Notes: generated from the letters alone by a model not told the origin. DNA of 64,000 nt from an uncultured cyanobacterium (GCA_963744145.1 CAVUSO010000001.1:5952001-6016000); one strand, 5' to 3'. Shown: positions 11,101-22,005, counted from the first letter of the stretch. Numbers and translations: made by a program.

Positions 11101-11416
11101 CTTTTAAAATATTTCCTAAAGTTGCACGATATATATTCTTACCATTGGTCAAATCTGAAGCAGTCCAATTAGTAATTAAATCTGTACCAGTAATAATTAC
11201 TTCTTCTTGGTTGTAGCGATCGTAAATAATTGGTTTTTGAGCGGTTCCAGAATTAGCAGGATAAATAGTTTCACGGTATATCCCACCAAAAATCTTACAA
11301 ATATCCCCAGGTTTTAAAATTTGAGCGGCTTTTTGAATAGTTTTAAAAGGAGTGTTAGGGGTTGTTCCGGAATTTTTGTCGGCACCAGTTTGGTTGGAAA
11401 CGTAGTAGATAGTCAT
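8135..11416 (-). CDS. Large right-handed beta-helix protein with DUF2341-like domain
   Basis: N-terminal YYVS..G.D.NSGT..PFKTIQKAA, GIYRE, DTGAI, GIYLD repeats; later DGGDIRC..LNYWI..IWVNI..NGSKTFLFFDDF. Confidence 0.75.
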   Translation of the reverse strand: MTIYYVSNQTGADKNSGTTPNTPFKTIQKAAQILKPGDICKIFGGIYRETIYPANSGTAQKPIIYDRYNQEEVIITGTDLITNWTASDLTNGKNIYRATLGNILKDGFDQVFYHQQMLPIARWPNVPFEQVTRLTNDLKCRATDGSGYVSSKDGWYESPDLINAPDLTGAKITFSPGPMWDTWCGMVVSHVNNRINIKIPYDYYSFDGNYYPQTANVFYCWDSLNLLDHPGEWFLNQSTKELFLWFPDNATPNDFQIKQRFYSFYLDGISNLNIQNLTLHACTIKTNENSNNLIYDNLKFLYPVHLDNISVIYYTAPDNRGIYFQGNNCTIKNSEIRHVATDTIILNGTNNKAINNYICCVGYSGRGSAIDGGQLSNGGENPGGTAKNQVIQNTIHSCGYQAISIAPGLDIMYNDVYDTHLQNTDTGAITGWKIDGKGAEISYNLVHDAQGDFNVDLRFYGGHGIYLDHLTKNFLVHHNIVWNCTSACIGLMPYDASNPDNAIANCNRKIYHNTTLGIIGYDDNTITPGNEFKNNICLSIDKPSNDKQNFWVCQNNYEYGDHQEPNFFQNKYPGDYTLLATAEAVGYGVYLEGISQSQPVDAGAIQGSLDWIAGATITDYDLANLQISSQLNKLGEFEVIITGLPESRKLPANFHLLIDNVNVAGKVVNFINYQTKVVTAKIIKIKTSGITGIKPISVQIGKGTVVAKGTINFDIALNMISGVQVNSDKSLLIQGQAFPAPNYQAIYKITNPNNQALYNYPILLSLDTKTPISANQMRSDGGDIRCNDNSSELNYWIQQGLNTTSTKIWVNIGKIPIGTSRIYVSWGDSSLVSQSNGSKTFLFFDDFTAPELADYYDICQSGQVKVEKIGQQMVISGTFDPDNLYNQQGFSLNWKFKWPTGKPYAIDSIASIEQNSSPIWGFSVGGFQETIYLFPGDDQLPKIGYYVDGINIVGSSNVSSPTFSQEHFSVGYTDNQVFWLEHNIQKAVRTGYSTTDQYRGVWGFAPNQENVNVKVTVDAIWIRQFTPTQPQVIFDQQQTQKMKVFIDGTESNYTWKSNTVIATGVLSLPPGNHVVKVQYPNNTTYEKAVNIPN

Positions 11417-11519
11417 ATTACTTTTATTATGTCTAGTGGAAGCAGCATGAATTATTTCTTGCCGAGATTATTATACTGTAAATCCAGATCATTAAACATC
11501 ACTAAAATTCTTCCCAAAA

Positions 11520-11549
11520 AAAATCCCCTGTTATTAAACAGGGGATTTT
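11520..11549. terminator. Rho-independent terminator after psaB
   Basis: AAAATCCCCTGTT-ATTA-AACAGGGGATTTT hairpin with A tract (U tract on minus strand). Confidence 0.8.
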
Positions 11550-11579
11550 CATTAATTACCTAAACAACTAGCAATTGGA

Positions 11580-13808
11580 TCAACCGAACTTACCAGAAGT
11601 TGAAGCAATGAGGAATGCGGCGTAGGTGAGGATATAGCCAACACTAAAGTGGACTAAACCAACCAAACGAGCTTGAACGATGGAGAGAGCAACGGGCTTA
11701 TCTTTCCAACGAACTAGGTTCGCTAGAGGAGTGCGCTCATGTGCCCAGACCAGGGTTTCAATTAACTCTTGCCAGTAACCGCGCCAAGAGATCAGGAACA
11801 TGAAACCAGTCGCCCAAACTAGGTGTCCAAAGAGGAACATCCAAGCCCAGACGGACAGATTGCTAGTACCAAATGGGTTGTAACCATTAATCAATTGGGA
11901 GGAATACAGCCAGAGATAATCCCTGAGCCAACCCATAATGTAGGTAGAAGATTCATTGAACTGAGCTACATTACCTTCCCAAACTCCCAGATGCTTCCAG
12001 TGCCAGTAGAAAGTTACCCAAGCAATGGTATTGAGCATCCAGAAAGTAGAAAGATAGAAAGAGTCCCAACCCGAGATATCGCAGGTGCCACCCCGGCCAG
12101 GGCCATCACAAGGGAAAGCATAGCCGAAGTCCTTTTTATCGGGCATCAGCTTCGATCCACGAGCATCCAACGCACCTTTGACCAAAATCAAAGTGGTGGT
12201 ATGCAAACCAAGAGCGATCGCATGGTGAATCAGGAAATCACCAGGACCGATGGTCAAGAACAGAGAATTAGTGCCAGAGTTAATGGCAGCTAACCAATTA
12301 GGTAACCAAACGTCACCGTGGTTTGGCCAAGCGGTGCTAGCAATACTATCTGGATTAGACAGTAGTACATCCATCGCATAGACCGCTTTACCATGGGCAG
12401 CTTGAATGAACTGAGCAAATACTGGTTCAATCAAGATTTGCTTTTCTGGAGTACCAAAAGCGACTACTACATCGTTATGGACATACAAGCCCAGGGTATG
12501 GAAGCCCAGGAACAAGGAGACCCAAGACAAATGGGAAATGATCGCTTCTTTGTGATCCAGCATCCGGGCCAATACATTACCTTTGTTGGTTTCAGGATCA
12601 TAATCCCGTACAAAGAAGATGGCACCGTGAGCAAAAGCACCAATCATCAAGAATCCAGCAATGTACTGGTGATGGGTGTACAAAGCGGCTTGAGTGGTGA
12701 AATCCTTCGCAATAAATGCGTAGGATGGCAAAGAATAGGAGTGCTGAGCTACTAGAGAGGTAATTACCCCTAAAGCTGCCAGGGCTAGACCTAACTGAAA
12801 GTGCAGCGAGTTGTTAACAGTTTCGTACAGACCTTGGTGAGGCAGATTAAACGGCCCTTCAGTCTTCGCCCCAAACAGACGATCTTTAGAGTCCATCATT
12901 TGCTTGATGCTATGGCCAATTCCCCAGTTCGTCCGGTACATATGGCCAGCAATGATGAACAGCACAGCAATGGCTAAATGGTGATGAGCCATGTCTGTGA
13001 GCCACAAAGACTCAGTTTGAGGGTGGAAGCCACCTAAAAAGGTAAGGATTGCAGTTCCTGCCCCTTGAGAAGTCCCAAAAACGTGACTGGCTGTATCAGG
13101 GCTTTGGGCATAAACACCCCAGTTTCCGGTAAAGAAGGGAGCCAATCCCGCTGGGTGAGGCAGAGTAGACAGGAAGTTATCCCAACCCACATGCTGTCCG
13201 CGAGATTCGGGGATAGCAACGTGGATCAAATGACCAGCCCAAGCCAAGGAAGATACCCCGAACAGAGCAGCGAGGTGGTGGTTCAGGCGAGACTCGGCAT
13301 TTTTGAACCAAGCCAAACTGGGCCGATATTTAGGTTGTAGGTGCAACCAGCCAGCGAACAGAGCAACAGCAGCCAGGATCAATAGGAACACAGCCCCTTG
13401 ATACAGGTCATTATTGGTCCGCATCCCGATCGTGTACCACCAGTGGTAGACACCGGAATAGGAGATGTCAACTGGGTAAGAGGCACCAGCTTGTGTAAAA
13501 GCATCAATGGCTGGTTGGCCAAATTGAGGGTCCCAAATCGCGTGGGCGATCGGACGGATATTCAGGGGATCTTTAATCCACTGCTCAAAGTTTCCTTGCC
13601 AGGCTACATGGAACAGGTTGCCGGATGTCCACAAGAAGATAATTGCTAAATGGCCGAAATGCGAGGCAAAAATCTTTTGGTAAAGATTTTCCTCGGTCAT
13701 GCCATCGTGGCTTTCAAAATCATGGGCCGTGGCAATCCCGTACCAGATCCGACGGGTTGTCGGGTCTTGAGCCAAGTCCTGGCTAAACTTGGGGAATTTA
13801 GTTGCCAT
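11580..13808 (-). CDS. psaB: Photosystem I P700 apoprotein A2
   Basis: [32 protein letters not shown]. Confidence 0.99.
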   Translation of the reverse strand: MATKFPKFSQDLAQDPTTRRIWYGIATAHDFESHDGMTEENLYQKIFASHFGHLAIIFLWTSGNLFHVAWQGNFEQWIKDPLNIRPIAHAIWDPQFGQPAIDAFTQAGASYPVDISYSGVYHWWYTIGMRTNNDLYQGAVFLLILAAVALFAGWLHLQPKYRPSLAWFKNAESRLNHHLAALFGVSSLAWAGHLIHVAIPESRGQHVGWDNFLSTLPHPAGLAPFFTGNWGVYAQSPDTASHVFGTSQGAGTAILTFLGGFHPQTESLWLTDMAHHHLAIAVLFIIAGHMYRTNWGIGHSIKQMMDSKDRLFGAKTEGPFNLPHQGLYETVNNSLHFQLGLALAALGVITSLVAQHSYSLPSYAFIAKDFTTQAALYTHHQYIAGFLMIGAFAHGAIFFVRDYDPETNKGNVLARMLDHKEAIISHLSWVSLFLGFHTLGLYVHNDVVVAFGTPEKQILIEPVFAQFIQAAHGKAVYAMDVLLSNPDSIASTAWPNHGDVWLPNWLAAINSGTNSLFLTIGPGDFLIHHAIALGLHTTTLILVKGALDARGSKLMPDKKDFGYAFPCDGPGRGGTCDISGWDSFYLSTFWMLNTIAWVTFYWHWKHLGVWEGNVAQFNESSTYIMGWLRDYLWLYSSQLINGYNPFGTSNLSVWAWMFLFGHLVWATGFMFLISWRGYWQELIETLVWAHERTPLANLVRWKDKPVALSIVQARLVGLVHFSVGYILTYAAFLIASTSGKFG

Positions 13809-14167
13809 AAATCCTAACTAGATCCTCCACTTGCTGTGCAAGGGCTATTTCCGATGACGCGATCGCGCCACACTTAGCTACCGGAAAAGCTCCACCAACG
13901 CCTTAATTTTATTACCTGCGCTGAGAAACCCCTCGCTGAGGCAGGAGGGTGTCCCCTCCACCAAAGTTTGGTTAATGCCGATTTTTTCTTGCTGATTTAG
14001 CCAGGAAATCGACAAAACCTGTGAAGATCTCTCCGGTTCCTCCCTGCCAACATGTCCCTTCTTCAGGCACCCACCGATCATGGGTTTGTAGATTTTCCGG
14101 GCTGGAGAAACACCCTTAACTACGTAGCAGACAGGGAAATTGTGACTGAGCGATCGCTTAGTTTAGC

Positions 14168-16474
14168 TTAACCTACTGAAATGATTCTGGCTAAGAAGAA
14201 CGCCCATGTGGTGACGATTCCACCTAACAGATAGTGTGCTACACCAACTGCCCGACCTTGAACAATACTCAAAGCACGAGGCTGAATTGCTGGAGCAACT
14301 TTCAATTTGTTGTGAGCCCAAACGATCGACTCAATTAGTTCTTGCCAGTAGCCACGACCACTGAACAGGAACATCAAGCTAAATGCCCAAATAAAGTGAG
14401 CGCCCAAGAACAATAACCCATAAGCAGACAGAGCTGACCCATAGGATTGAATTACTTGGGATGCTTGCGCCCAGAGGAAGTCCCGCAACCAGCCGTTGAT
14501 GGTGAGGGCACTGGTCGCAAAGTTACCTCCAGCGATGTGAGATACTACTCCATCGGCATCTACTGTGCCCCATACATCTGACTGCATTTTCCAACTAAAG
14601 TGGAAAATTACGACAGATATAGAGTTATACATCCAGAATAAGCCCAAGAATACATGGTCCCATCCAGAAACTTGACAGGTGCCACCCCGACCGGGGCCAT
14701 CACAGGGGAAGCGGAAGCCTAAATTCGCCTTATCGGGAATTAGACGAGAACTGCGGGCGAAGAGAACGCCTTTGAGCAGAATTAGAACAGTGACATGAAT
14801 CGTGAACGCATGGATATGGTGGACCATAAAGTCCGCTGTTCCCAAGGCGATCGGCATCATGGCCACTTTGCCACCTACTGCTACCAACCCACCACCAAAA
14901 GCATAGCTAGCGGGTTCGAGCGCATGGGGGGCAGTGCTGCCAGGGGCTAAAGCATGAAGGTGTTGGACCCACTGAGCAAAAACTGGCTGAAGCTGGATGC
15001 CTGTATCGGAGAACAAGTCTTGAGGACGACCAAAAGCCCGCATGGTGTCGTTATGAACGTACAAACCAAAGCTATGGAAGCCTAAGAACATGCACACCCA
15101 GTTAAGGTGAGAGATGATTGCATCTCGGTGACGCAGCACCCGATCCAACAGGTTATTTTGATTTACGACTGGATCGTAGTCGCGCACCATAAAGATTGCG
15201 CCGTGAGCTGCACCGCCCACGATACAGAAGCCACCAATCCACATATGATGGGTGAAGATGGACAACTGGGTCGGATAATCTGTGGCGATGTAAGGATACG
15301 GAGGCATCGAATACATGTGGTGCGCCACGATGATGCTCAAAGATCCCAGCATCGCTAAGTTAATGGCGAGTTGGGCGTGCCAAGAAGTGGTCAGGACTTC
15401 GTAGAGACCTTTATGACCTTCACCGGTTAATGGTCCACTGTGAGCATCGAGGAGTTCCTTCATGCTGTGACCGATGCCCCAGTTAGTCCGGTACATATGT
15501 CCAGCAATGATGAACAATACAGCCAAGGCCAAGTGGTGATGAGCTGTATCCGATAGCCACAATCCCCCAGTTACTGGATTTAAACCACCTTTAAAGGTCA
15601 GGAAGTCTGAATAAACTCCCCAGTTACCTGTAAAAAATGGAATTACCCCAGAAAAATAACCCCAGTCTACCTTGGGATACAAGTCAGACATCAGGCTTGG
15701 GTTGAGAATAAACTCATGGGGTAATGGAATATCAGCAATGGTGTTGATTACTTTTCCGCCGATGGTTAAAGGCTTACCAGCATCAATCGCATCTAAAGCT
15801 GCGTTGATTGGTAGGGAAACGTGAATCTGTTGTCCTGCATAACCTAAGCAGCCCAGACCCAGCAATCCTGCTAGGTGGTGGTTCATCATTGACTCCACAT
15901 TCTGGAACCATTCCAGTTTGGGAGCCTGTTTATGATAATGGAACCAGCCAGCGAATAGCATTAAAGCTGCCATCACTAGAGCGCCGATCGCGGTGCAATA
16001 CAACTGAAACTCATTGGTGATGCCATTAGCCCGCCAAATCTGGAATAGTCCAGAAGTGATCTGAATCCCGTGGAAGCCACCGCCCACATCGGCATTCAGA
16101 ATTTCTTGCCCCACAACTGGCCAAACGACTTGAGCGCTAGGCTTAATATGGGTGGGATCGCTCAACCAAGAAGCATAGTTTGAGAACTTAGCACCGTGGA
16201 AATATGCGCCACTCAACCAGACAAAAATGACTGCCAAATGACCGAAGTGAGCGCTGAAAATCTTGCGCGATACATCTTCTAGGTCGCTGGTATGACTATC
16301 GAAATCATGAGCGTCCGCGTGGAGGCTCCAAATCCAAGTGGTGGTTTTGGGTCCTTTGGCTAGGGTGCGGTCAAAGTGCCCGGGTTTTGACCACTTCTCA
16401 AAGGAAGTGGGAACTGGGTCTTTATCGACTACAACCCTAACCTTTGCCTCTCGCTCTGGAGGACTAATGGTCAT
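14168..16474 (-). CDS. psaA: Photosystem I P700 apoprotein A1
   Basis: [24 protein letters not shown]. Confidence 0.99.
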   Translation of the reverse strand: MTISPPEREAKVRVVVDKDPVPTSFEKWSKPGHFDRTLAKGPKTTTWIWSLHADAHDFDSHTSDLEDVSRKIFSAHFGHLAVIFVWLSGAYFHGAKFSNYASWLSDPTHIKPSAQVVWPVVGQEILNADVGGGFHGIQITSGLFQIWRANGITNEFQLYCTAIGALVMAALMLFAGWFHYHKQAPKLEWFQNVESMMNHHLAGLLGLGCLGYAGQQIHVSLPINAALDAIDAGKPLTIGGKVINTIADIPLPHEFILNPSLMSDLYPKVDWGYFSGVIPFFTGNWGVYSDFLTFKGGLNPVTGGLWLSDTAHHHLALAVLFIIAGHMYRTNWGIGHSMKELLDAHSGPLTGEGHKGLYEVLTTSWHAQLAINLAMLGSLSIIVAHHMYSMPPYPYIATDYPTQLSIFTHHMWIGGFCIVGGAAHGAIFMVRDYDPVVNQNNLLDRVLRHRDAIISHLNWVCMFLGFHSFGLYVHNDTMRAFGRPQDLFSDTGIQLQPVFAQWVQHLHALAPGSTAPHALEPASYAFGGGLVAVGGKVAMMPIALGTADFMVHHIHAFTIHVTVLILLKGVLFARSSRLIPDKANLGFRFPCDGPGRGGTCQVSGWDHVFLGLFWMYNSISVVIFHFSWKMQSDVWGTVDADGVVSHIAGGNFATSALTINGWLRDFLWAQASQVIQSYGSALSAYGLLFLGAHFIWAFSLMFLFSGRGYWQELIESIVWAHNKLKVAPAIQPRALSIVQGRAVGVAHYLLGGIVTTWAFFLARIISVG

Positions 16475-16513
16475 GAAGACTCTCCCCTCTCCTTAAGACA
16501 AGAAACCAAACAT

Positions 16514-16613
16514 GCCTCATCCGAGATTTATTTTCGTGAGGCGGAAAGTGGTACTGGATTGCCCTCTTTCCATCAGGCCCGTTTTTTAGTGCCGATAATG
16601 CCGAAACGGAGCC
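16514..16613 (-). promoter_or_regulatory. Structured psaA 5' UTR (three hairpins, consistent with the psaA RNA motif)
   Basis: Stems GCCTCA/TGAGGC (16514-16542), GGAAAG/CTTTCC (16543-16571), GGCCCGTTT/AAACGGAGCC (16576-16613). Confidence 0.6.
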
Positions 16614-16849
16614 ATAAACACTCGATCAACTCTCTCTTGATCTAGATCAGGTAAAAAGATTTCCTGATCTAAAATCTAGACCCTCAGCTTAGAAAAACTG
16701 TGTCTTGAGAGTTCTCTTTGGAGAATTATAAACTTGCTGATCGATTATGGGAATTTAGTTAACAAAACTTCAAGGTGATTCAATTACTATTAAAACCTAG
16801 CTTGGAGGTTCATAATTTCTGATAAAAGTCAAGAGTTATGGCAATTAAC

Positions 16850-16867
16850 TTTACAATACTAAACAAT
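16850..16867. promoter_or_regulatory. HLR1-like (RpaB) direct repeat upstream of psaA
   Basis: TTTACAAT-ac-TAAACAAT resembles (G/T)TTACA(T/A)(T/A)-N2 repeat; PSI promoters are known RpaB targets. Confidence 0.5.
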
Positions 16868-16982
16868 AAACCAGGGTGAGAGAATTTGAGGAAAAGTAAT
16901 TAAGACTTTTGGGCGATCGTGTCATAGTAGCGAGATTGTCCCTAAAAATAAATATCAGTAGTTAACTTAGGAGTGTTGCTGA

Positions 16983-18986
16983 GTGTTTACTAAAAATTAT
17001 CTTCAGTCTGCGACTCGATTGCTAATTAGTGCCCTAGTGACAATCGGTTTAATGATTAGCTTGGCCAGTTGCAGCGATCGCCTTGTGGTCAACTCCGATT
17101 CCCCGATCTCCAATGTTGCACCATCTCAACCAATTGAAAAAATTTCGGAAGTATCCCCTCCGGAGGTAATTCAAGAGTTGAGTTCAGTTTTAGAATCCTA
17201 TCAACCGCAAGTAAAAATCATTAATCCGCAGCCAGACCAAATTATCGAAGACACTAATATTGTGGTGCGCTTAGATGTAAAGGATCTACCACTGTTTAAA
17301 GATCCCAACTTAGGCTTAGGCCCCCATTTGCACGTTATCCTTGATCAAGAACCAGAACAAAAGGTTTACGATCTCAACGAACCCTTAACCTTTAATGATT
17401 TATCTCCAGGAACCCACACCTTGCGAGTTTTTGCAGTTCGTCCTTGGGATGAAAGCTTTAAAAACGAGGGTGCTTATGCCCAAACAACTTTTCATATTTT
17501 TACGAAAACTAGCGACCACAATCCCGATCCTGCCTTACCACTTTTGACATATAACCAGCCAGCAGGTAAGTATGGAGCCGAACCCATTCTACTCGATTTT
17601 TATCTGACCAATGCCCCACTTCATTTAGTAGCCCAACAGAATTCCGATGATCAGATTGCTGATTGGCGCATTCGTGTAACGATTAATGACAAAACTTTTT
17701 TTCTCGATCGTTGGGAGCCTATATATCTAAAAGGCTTTAAACCTGGAAGCAATTGGATACATTTAGAATTTCTCGACGAAAAGGGAACTTCGATCAAAAA
17801 CATTTTTAACGATACCGTCAAACTGATTACTTACGAACCCGATGAAAAAGGACCTTTGTCTCGAATATTTCAAGGTGAGATTTCTGCGGCTGATGCTCGT
17901 GGTATCGTAGATCCTAATTATACTTCCAAAATACCCGCTTCTAGTCCAACTATTACACCAACCCCTGCGGAATTGACTCCAACGGTAGAAGAACCAACCC
18001 CGGTTGAGTCAACTCCAACGGTAGAAGAATCAACCCCGACTTCAACAGGAGAAGAACCAACCCCAGTTGAGTCAACCCCGACTTCAACAGGAGAAGAACC
18101 AACCCCAGTTGAGTCAACTCCAACCTCAACAGGAGAAGAACTAACTCCAACTCCAACAGGAGAAGAACCAACCCCGGTTGAGTCAACTCCAACTTCAACA
18201 GGAGAAGAACTAACTCCAACTCCAACGGTAGAAGAACCAACGACCGTTGAATCAACTCCAACGGTAGAAGAACCAACCCCAGTTGAATCAACTCCAACGG
18301 TAGAAGAATCAACCCCAGTTGAATCAACTCCAACGATAGAAGTAGAAGAACCAACGACCGTTGAGTCAACTCCAACAGGAGAAGAACCAACCCCGGTTGA
18401 ATTAACTCCAACAGTGGAAGAACCAACCCCAGTTGAATTAACTCCAACAGTGGAAGAACCAACCCCAGTTGAATCAACCTCGACTCCAACAGTGGAAGAA
18501 CCAACCCCAGTTGAATCAACCTCGACTCCAACAGTGGAAGAACCAACCCCAGTTGAATCAACCTCGACTCCAACAGTGGAAGAACCAACCCCAGTTGAAT
18601 CAACCTCGACTCCAACAGTGGAAGAACCAACCCCGGTTGAATTAACCTCGACTCCAACGGTAGAAGAAATAACCTCGACTCCAACAGTGGAAGAACCAAC
18701 TCCGGTTGAATCAACCTCGACTCCAACGGTAGAAGAACCAACGACCGTCGAATCCTTATCTCAACCACAAGCTCAGAAAGCTGAAAAAAACAAGTTTGGT
18801 CAATTATTTAGTTGGTTTCAAGATAGATTTAGTGGTCAATTGAAACCTTTCTCTACATCATCACCAAAATTACAGGAAGTCACAAAAGAAACTGTACCTT
18901 CCTCAGTAGTTCCAGCATTAGATTCTTCTCAGAATAATGAAGAAGCAACACCTACAATCTCCAAGGAAGTAGAAAGCGCTCCTTAA
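16983..18986 (+). CDS. Putative lipoprotein: conserved cyanobacterial N-terminal domain plus long Pro/Thr/Glu repeat tract
   Basis: Lipobox LASC; LGLGPHLHVILD, PWDESFKNEGAYA; about 260 aa of TPTVEEPTPVES repeats. Confidence 0.8.
   Translation: MFTKNYLQSATRLLISALVTIGLMISLASCSDRLVVNSDSPISNVAPSQPIEKISEVSPPEVIQELSSVLESYQPQVKIINPQPDQIIEDTNIVVRLDVKDLPLFKDPNLGLGPHLHVILDQEPEQKVYDLNEPLTFNDLSPGTHTLRVFAVRPWDESFKNEGAYAQTTFHIFTKTSDHNPDPALPLLTYNQPAGKYGAEPILLDFYLTNAPLHLVAQQNSDDQIADWRIRVTINDKTFFLDRWEPIYLKGFKPGSNWIHLEFLDEKGTSIKNIFNDTVKLITYEPDEKGPLSRIFQGEISAADARGIVDPNYTSKIPASSPTITPTPAELTPTVEEPTPVESTPTVEESTPTSTGEEPTPVESTPTSTGEEPTPVESTPTSTGEELTPTPTGEEPTPVESTPTSTGEELTPTPTVEEPTTVESTPTVEEPTPVESTPTVEESTPVESTPTIEVEEPTTVESTPTGEEPTPVELTPTVEEPTPVELTPTVEEPTPVESTSTPTVEEPTPVESTSTPTVEEPTPVESTSTPTVEEPTPVESTSTPTVEEPTPVELTSTPTVEEITSTPTVEEPTPVESTSTPTVEEPTTVESLSQPQAQKAEKNKFGQLFSWFQDRFSGQLKPFSTSSPKLQEVTKETVPSSVVPALDSSQNNEEATPTISKEVESAP
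17955..18752 (+). repeat. Coding tandem repeat, 33-39 nt degenerate units
   Basis: ACTCCAAC(A/G)GT(A/G)GAAGAACCAACCCC(A/G)GTTGAATCA repeated about 20 times. Confidence 0.95.
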
Positions 18987-18999
18987 TTTTCACCATGTT

Positions 19000-19031
19000 A
19001 TTAACCCATCCCTTTAAAGGGATGGGTTAAA
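19000..19031. terminator. Palindromic hairpin, probable terminator
   Basis: TTAACCCATCCCTTTAAAGGGATGGGTTAA just after stop at 18986. Confidence 0.65.
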
Positions 19032-19205
19032 GCCACTAAAGATTATTTTAACTATGCTTTTAGTTCCCAAAAAACTAAGATTGGTAATTGAAACTCTGTA
19101 ATATAGTGCAGGTACAAAAAATCAATATTCCATCTGGGTCAGAAAACATTTGTTAAATTTTGCGATCGCCAGAGATTAAGTGAGTCAGTCATAAATAAAA
19201 TAATC

Positions 19206-20666
19206 ATGTTAACTGAACGAGAGTTGTTTATGCAGATAGATATTAATCAAGTTGTGGAAATTGATCCTCTTAATGACAAGACGTATGAGCCGCTACTGAA
19301 CAATTTACAAGGAAATATCCTCAAAGGTCATGGTCGAGACCACAGTATTCAATTGTTTCTGAGATTTACTAATATCCCCAATGCTAAAAAATGGTTGGGT
19401 GAATTTAGCAAAAAATACGTTACCTCAGCTCTACAACAAGCTCAAGAATCCCAGGATTATCGAGATTCTCAAAAACAGCACCAGGGCACAATTTTTGCCA
19501 ATGTCTTTTTAACCATATCTGGTTATAAGTACCTAGAGTTTGTCAAACAAGGGGAAGAAGAGTTCTCCTTTAAGGATAAATTTTTTGCTCACGGAATGAA
19601 AGATCCCCAAAATCTACAGGAGTTGGCTGATCCACCGATTCAGCAATGGGAACATGGCTTCCAAGACACTATTCACGCTATGATTCTGCTGGCTGATGAC
19701 AACTTGGGAAAATTGCTTCAGATTATGATCAAGGAATTCCATCAATTCATAACTCTTGCTCAGGTTGTCCATGTTGACTATGGCTTTGTCCTTCGCAATA
19801 GTGACAAGAAGGTAATTGAACATTTTGGTTTTCGGGATGGGGTTAGTCAGCCATTGTTCTACAAAAGAGATATTGAAAAAGAGAGAAAATATAATCCCAT
19901 CAATTTTACCAATTGGAACCCTCGTGCGCCCTTAAGTCTGGTGCTACTGAAAGACCCCTTTGGTACAACACCTGAAAGTTATGGCAGCTACCTGGTTTAT
20001 CGCAAACTTGAGCAAAATGTAAAAGGTTGGAATAAAGACGTAGAAGAGTTAGCCAAGACATTGAATATTAAACCCGATCTCGCAGGTGCTTATGTAATGG
20101 GACGCTTTCAAGATGGCACACCGGTTGTGTTAAGCAACGAGCAACTACAAAGTCCAGAAGCCGCTATTGATAACTTTAATTTTCAAGAGGATACGCAGGG
20201 AGCGAAATGTCCATTTCATGCCCACATTCGCAAAACAAATCCTCGGGGAGATACTGGTAACCTATTATCAGAGAAAGTACCTCTAGAACAAGAGAAAATG
20301 AAGCGAATAGTCCGTCGTGGTGTTAGCTATGGCGAACATGATTTGACAAAACCCCTAGAAACTGATTCTGGATTGTTATTTATGTGCTTTCAAGCTGACA
20401 TTAACAATCAATTTGCCTTAATGCAGAGAGACTGGTCTAATTCCCGTGACTTTATTAAACAGGGCACAGGGAGTGATCCAGTCATTGGTCAGATTCCACT
20501 CCAAAAAACAAATACTCCGCCCAAAGAACCCTATGAGTGGCCAGCTACCTGGGGAAAAACTGAAGAACGCATTAAAGCAGATTTTTCTCATTGGGTAAAC
20601 TTCAAAGGTGGCGAGTATTTCTTTGCGCCTAGTATGAGTTTCCTGATATCTCTCATATCCAACTAG
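19206..20666 (+). CDS. Dye-decolorizing (DyP-type) heme peroxidase
   Basis: LQGNILKGHGR, EHFGFRDGVSQP (GxxDG), CPFHAHIRKTNPRG, IVRRG, GGEYFFAPS. Confidence 0.93.
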   Translation: MLTERELFMQIDINQVVEIDPLNDKTYEPLLNNLQGNILKGHGRDHSIQLFLRFTNIPNAKKWLGEFSKKYVTSALQQAQESQDYRDSQKQHQGTIFANVFLTISGYKYLEFVKQGEEEFSFKDKFFAHGMKDPQNLQELADPPIQQWEHGFQDTIHAMILLADDNLGKLLQIMIKEFHQFITLAQVVHVDYGFVLRNSDKKVIEHFGFRDGVSQPLFYKRDIEKERKYNPINFTNWNPRAPLSLVLLKDPFGTTPESYGSYLVYRKLEQNVKGWNKDVEELAKTLNIKPDLAGAYVMGRFQDGTPVVLSNEQLQSPEAAIDNFNFQEDTQGAKCPFHAHIRKTNPRGDTGNLLSEKVPLEQEKMKRIVRRGVSYGEHDLTKPLETDSGLLFMCFQADINNQFALMQRDWSNSRDFIKQGTGSDPVIGQIPLQKTNTPPKEPYEWPATWGKTEERIKADFSHWVNFKGGEYFFAPSMSFLISLISN

Positions 20667-20822
20667 ATTTGCTTTGAAGTTTTCTACCTCTTCGCCCTGA
20701 CTAAGAGAAGAGGTAGTCCCTCATTGATACAGGTGATGATAAAAATAAACTGGCCAGATGCTCTAAAAAACCTAATGTTGCAGAAAGTAAAAGTTAAAAA
20801 ATCTTTGCTGCTAGCTGTTTTT

Positions 20823-21968
20823 TTAAAACCCAGAAGACATATTAGGTTCGCTAGCAAAAGCTAGCCAAAGAGGAAACTGCAACAGGGAAAGATTAATTTG
20901 ATTTTCAGTTTCATCAATCACAATCAATGGTAATTGTCCATCTTTAATCAAACGATCGGCTTTTTGGGCTAGAGCTTCCGGTGCTTCAAAGAGAACAACA
21001 CCTCCTTCCGGACCAAAATCAGCGCGAGCAATTCCCAAACAATCTTGCAATCCTCGACGCCATTCCCCTAGACGTTCAGGACTATTTGCTAAAACTAAAG
21101 TACGCTGGCGATCGCCATAGAGATTTCTTAATACAGAAATAACCGCAGAAGTAATCAGAATATTTTGCAAACGACTACCCATAGTTCGTAATGCTCCTCG
21201 ACCACCTTGGGTAAAGAACCAGTTAGAAACTTTTTCAGCATGACTGGGCTCAAAGGTGCGACGTAGTTGCCAAGGGGGACCGTAATAATCAGGCAAAGTT
21301 CGATATTGATCTAAAATTTTGCGAATTTGTTTGACTTGTTCGTGAAACCCCTGTTCTGCAAACTTCGGAGTTGGTAAGGGAGATGATGGGGAACGACTAG
21401 TTTTTTCTTCATTTTGAGGAATCTGTTTCTCAGTTTCGGGTTTAGCCGGAATTAATTCAAGTTGCTCTGCTGCATTAGCTAAATCCTGTAAACTCCCGAC
21501 CAGATAATCTTTAAATCCTTGGACTCGAATTGCTAAATCTTGAGAAACTCCAGCAAAAGAGGTCCGCATTTCTTTACGGATGCGTTCTTGACGACGTTCA
21601 AGTTGTTCGACCGAAATTAGTAGTGTTTGTCTACGTTGCTCTAACTCACTCAATCCTTCTTGAATCAATCGTCCCATTGCCGTTTGAGTTCTGGCCATCT
21701 GTTCTTGCAAAATAGTAGCAGTAGTTTGGAGCCTAGCTATTTCTTCTTTGAGAGTTTGTTCTTGTTGCTGTAATTTGACAACCCGTGATTCTAGCTCAGT
21801 CGTTTGGTGGTCAATCACTGCGGGAGCTGATTTTACTTCGGTTGGGGGTGATTCTAACTCAATGGGAGTCTGAGCAATTACTGATTCTGATGTCTCTTCG
21901 CTTTTTTCCGAAGAATCTGAGACTGTTGCAGAATCTGGGGTGGGAGATTCATCTGAGTTCATAGTCAA
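20823..21968 (-). CDS. DUF3086-family coiled-coil protein
   Basis: QDLAIRVQGFKDYL, PDYYGPPWQLRRTFE, RLGEWRRGLQDCLG. Confidence 0.85.
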   Translation of the reverse strand: MTMNSDESPTPDSATVSDSSEKSEETSESVIAQTPIELESPPTEVKSAPAVIDHQTTELESRVVKLQQQEQTLKEEIARLQTTATILQEQMARTQTAMGRLIQEGLSELEQRRQTLLISVEQLERRQERIRKEMRTSFAGVSQDLAIRVQGFKDYLVGSLQDLANAAEQLELIPAKPETEKQIPQNEEKTSRSPSSPLPTPKFAEQGFHEQVKQIRKILDQYRTLPDYYGPPWQLRRTFEPSHAEKVSNWFFTQGGRGALRTMGSRLQNILITSAVISVLRNLYGDRQRTLVLANSPERLGEWRRGLQDCLGIARADFGPEGGVVLFEAPEALAQKADRLIKDGQLPLIVIDETENQINLSLLQFPLWLAFASEPNMSSGF

Positions 21969-22005
21969 ATTGTGGAAATCCTGAGATGGGGAGAGAAGGG
22001 ATTGG

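Noticed and set aside
11823..16020. Several plus-strand ORFs over psaA/psaB (likewise over ftsZ, mlaE, rbcL)
   Set aside because: Shadow frames of conserved genes with no motifs
11580..16474. Far-red (FaRLiP) PSI paralogs
   Set aside because: No rfpABC, chlF or other photosystem paralogs adjacent; context looks like the main psaAB operon
17953..18768. 271-aa Leu-rich minus-strand ORF, and the repeat as a possible CRISPR array
   Set aside because: Antisense shadow of the coding repeat; units are contiguous with no unique spacers and no cas genes
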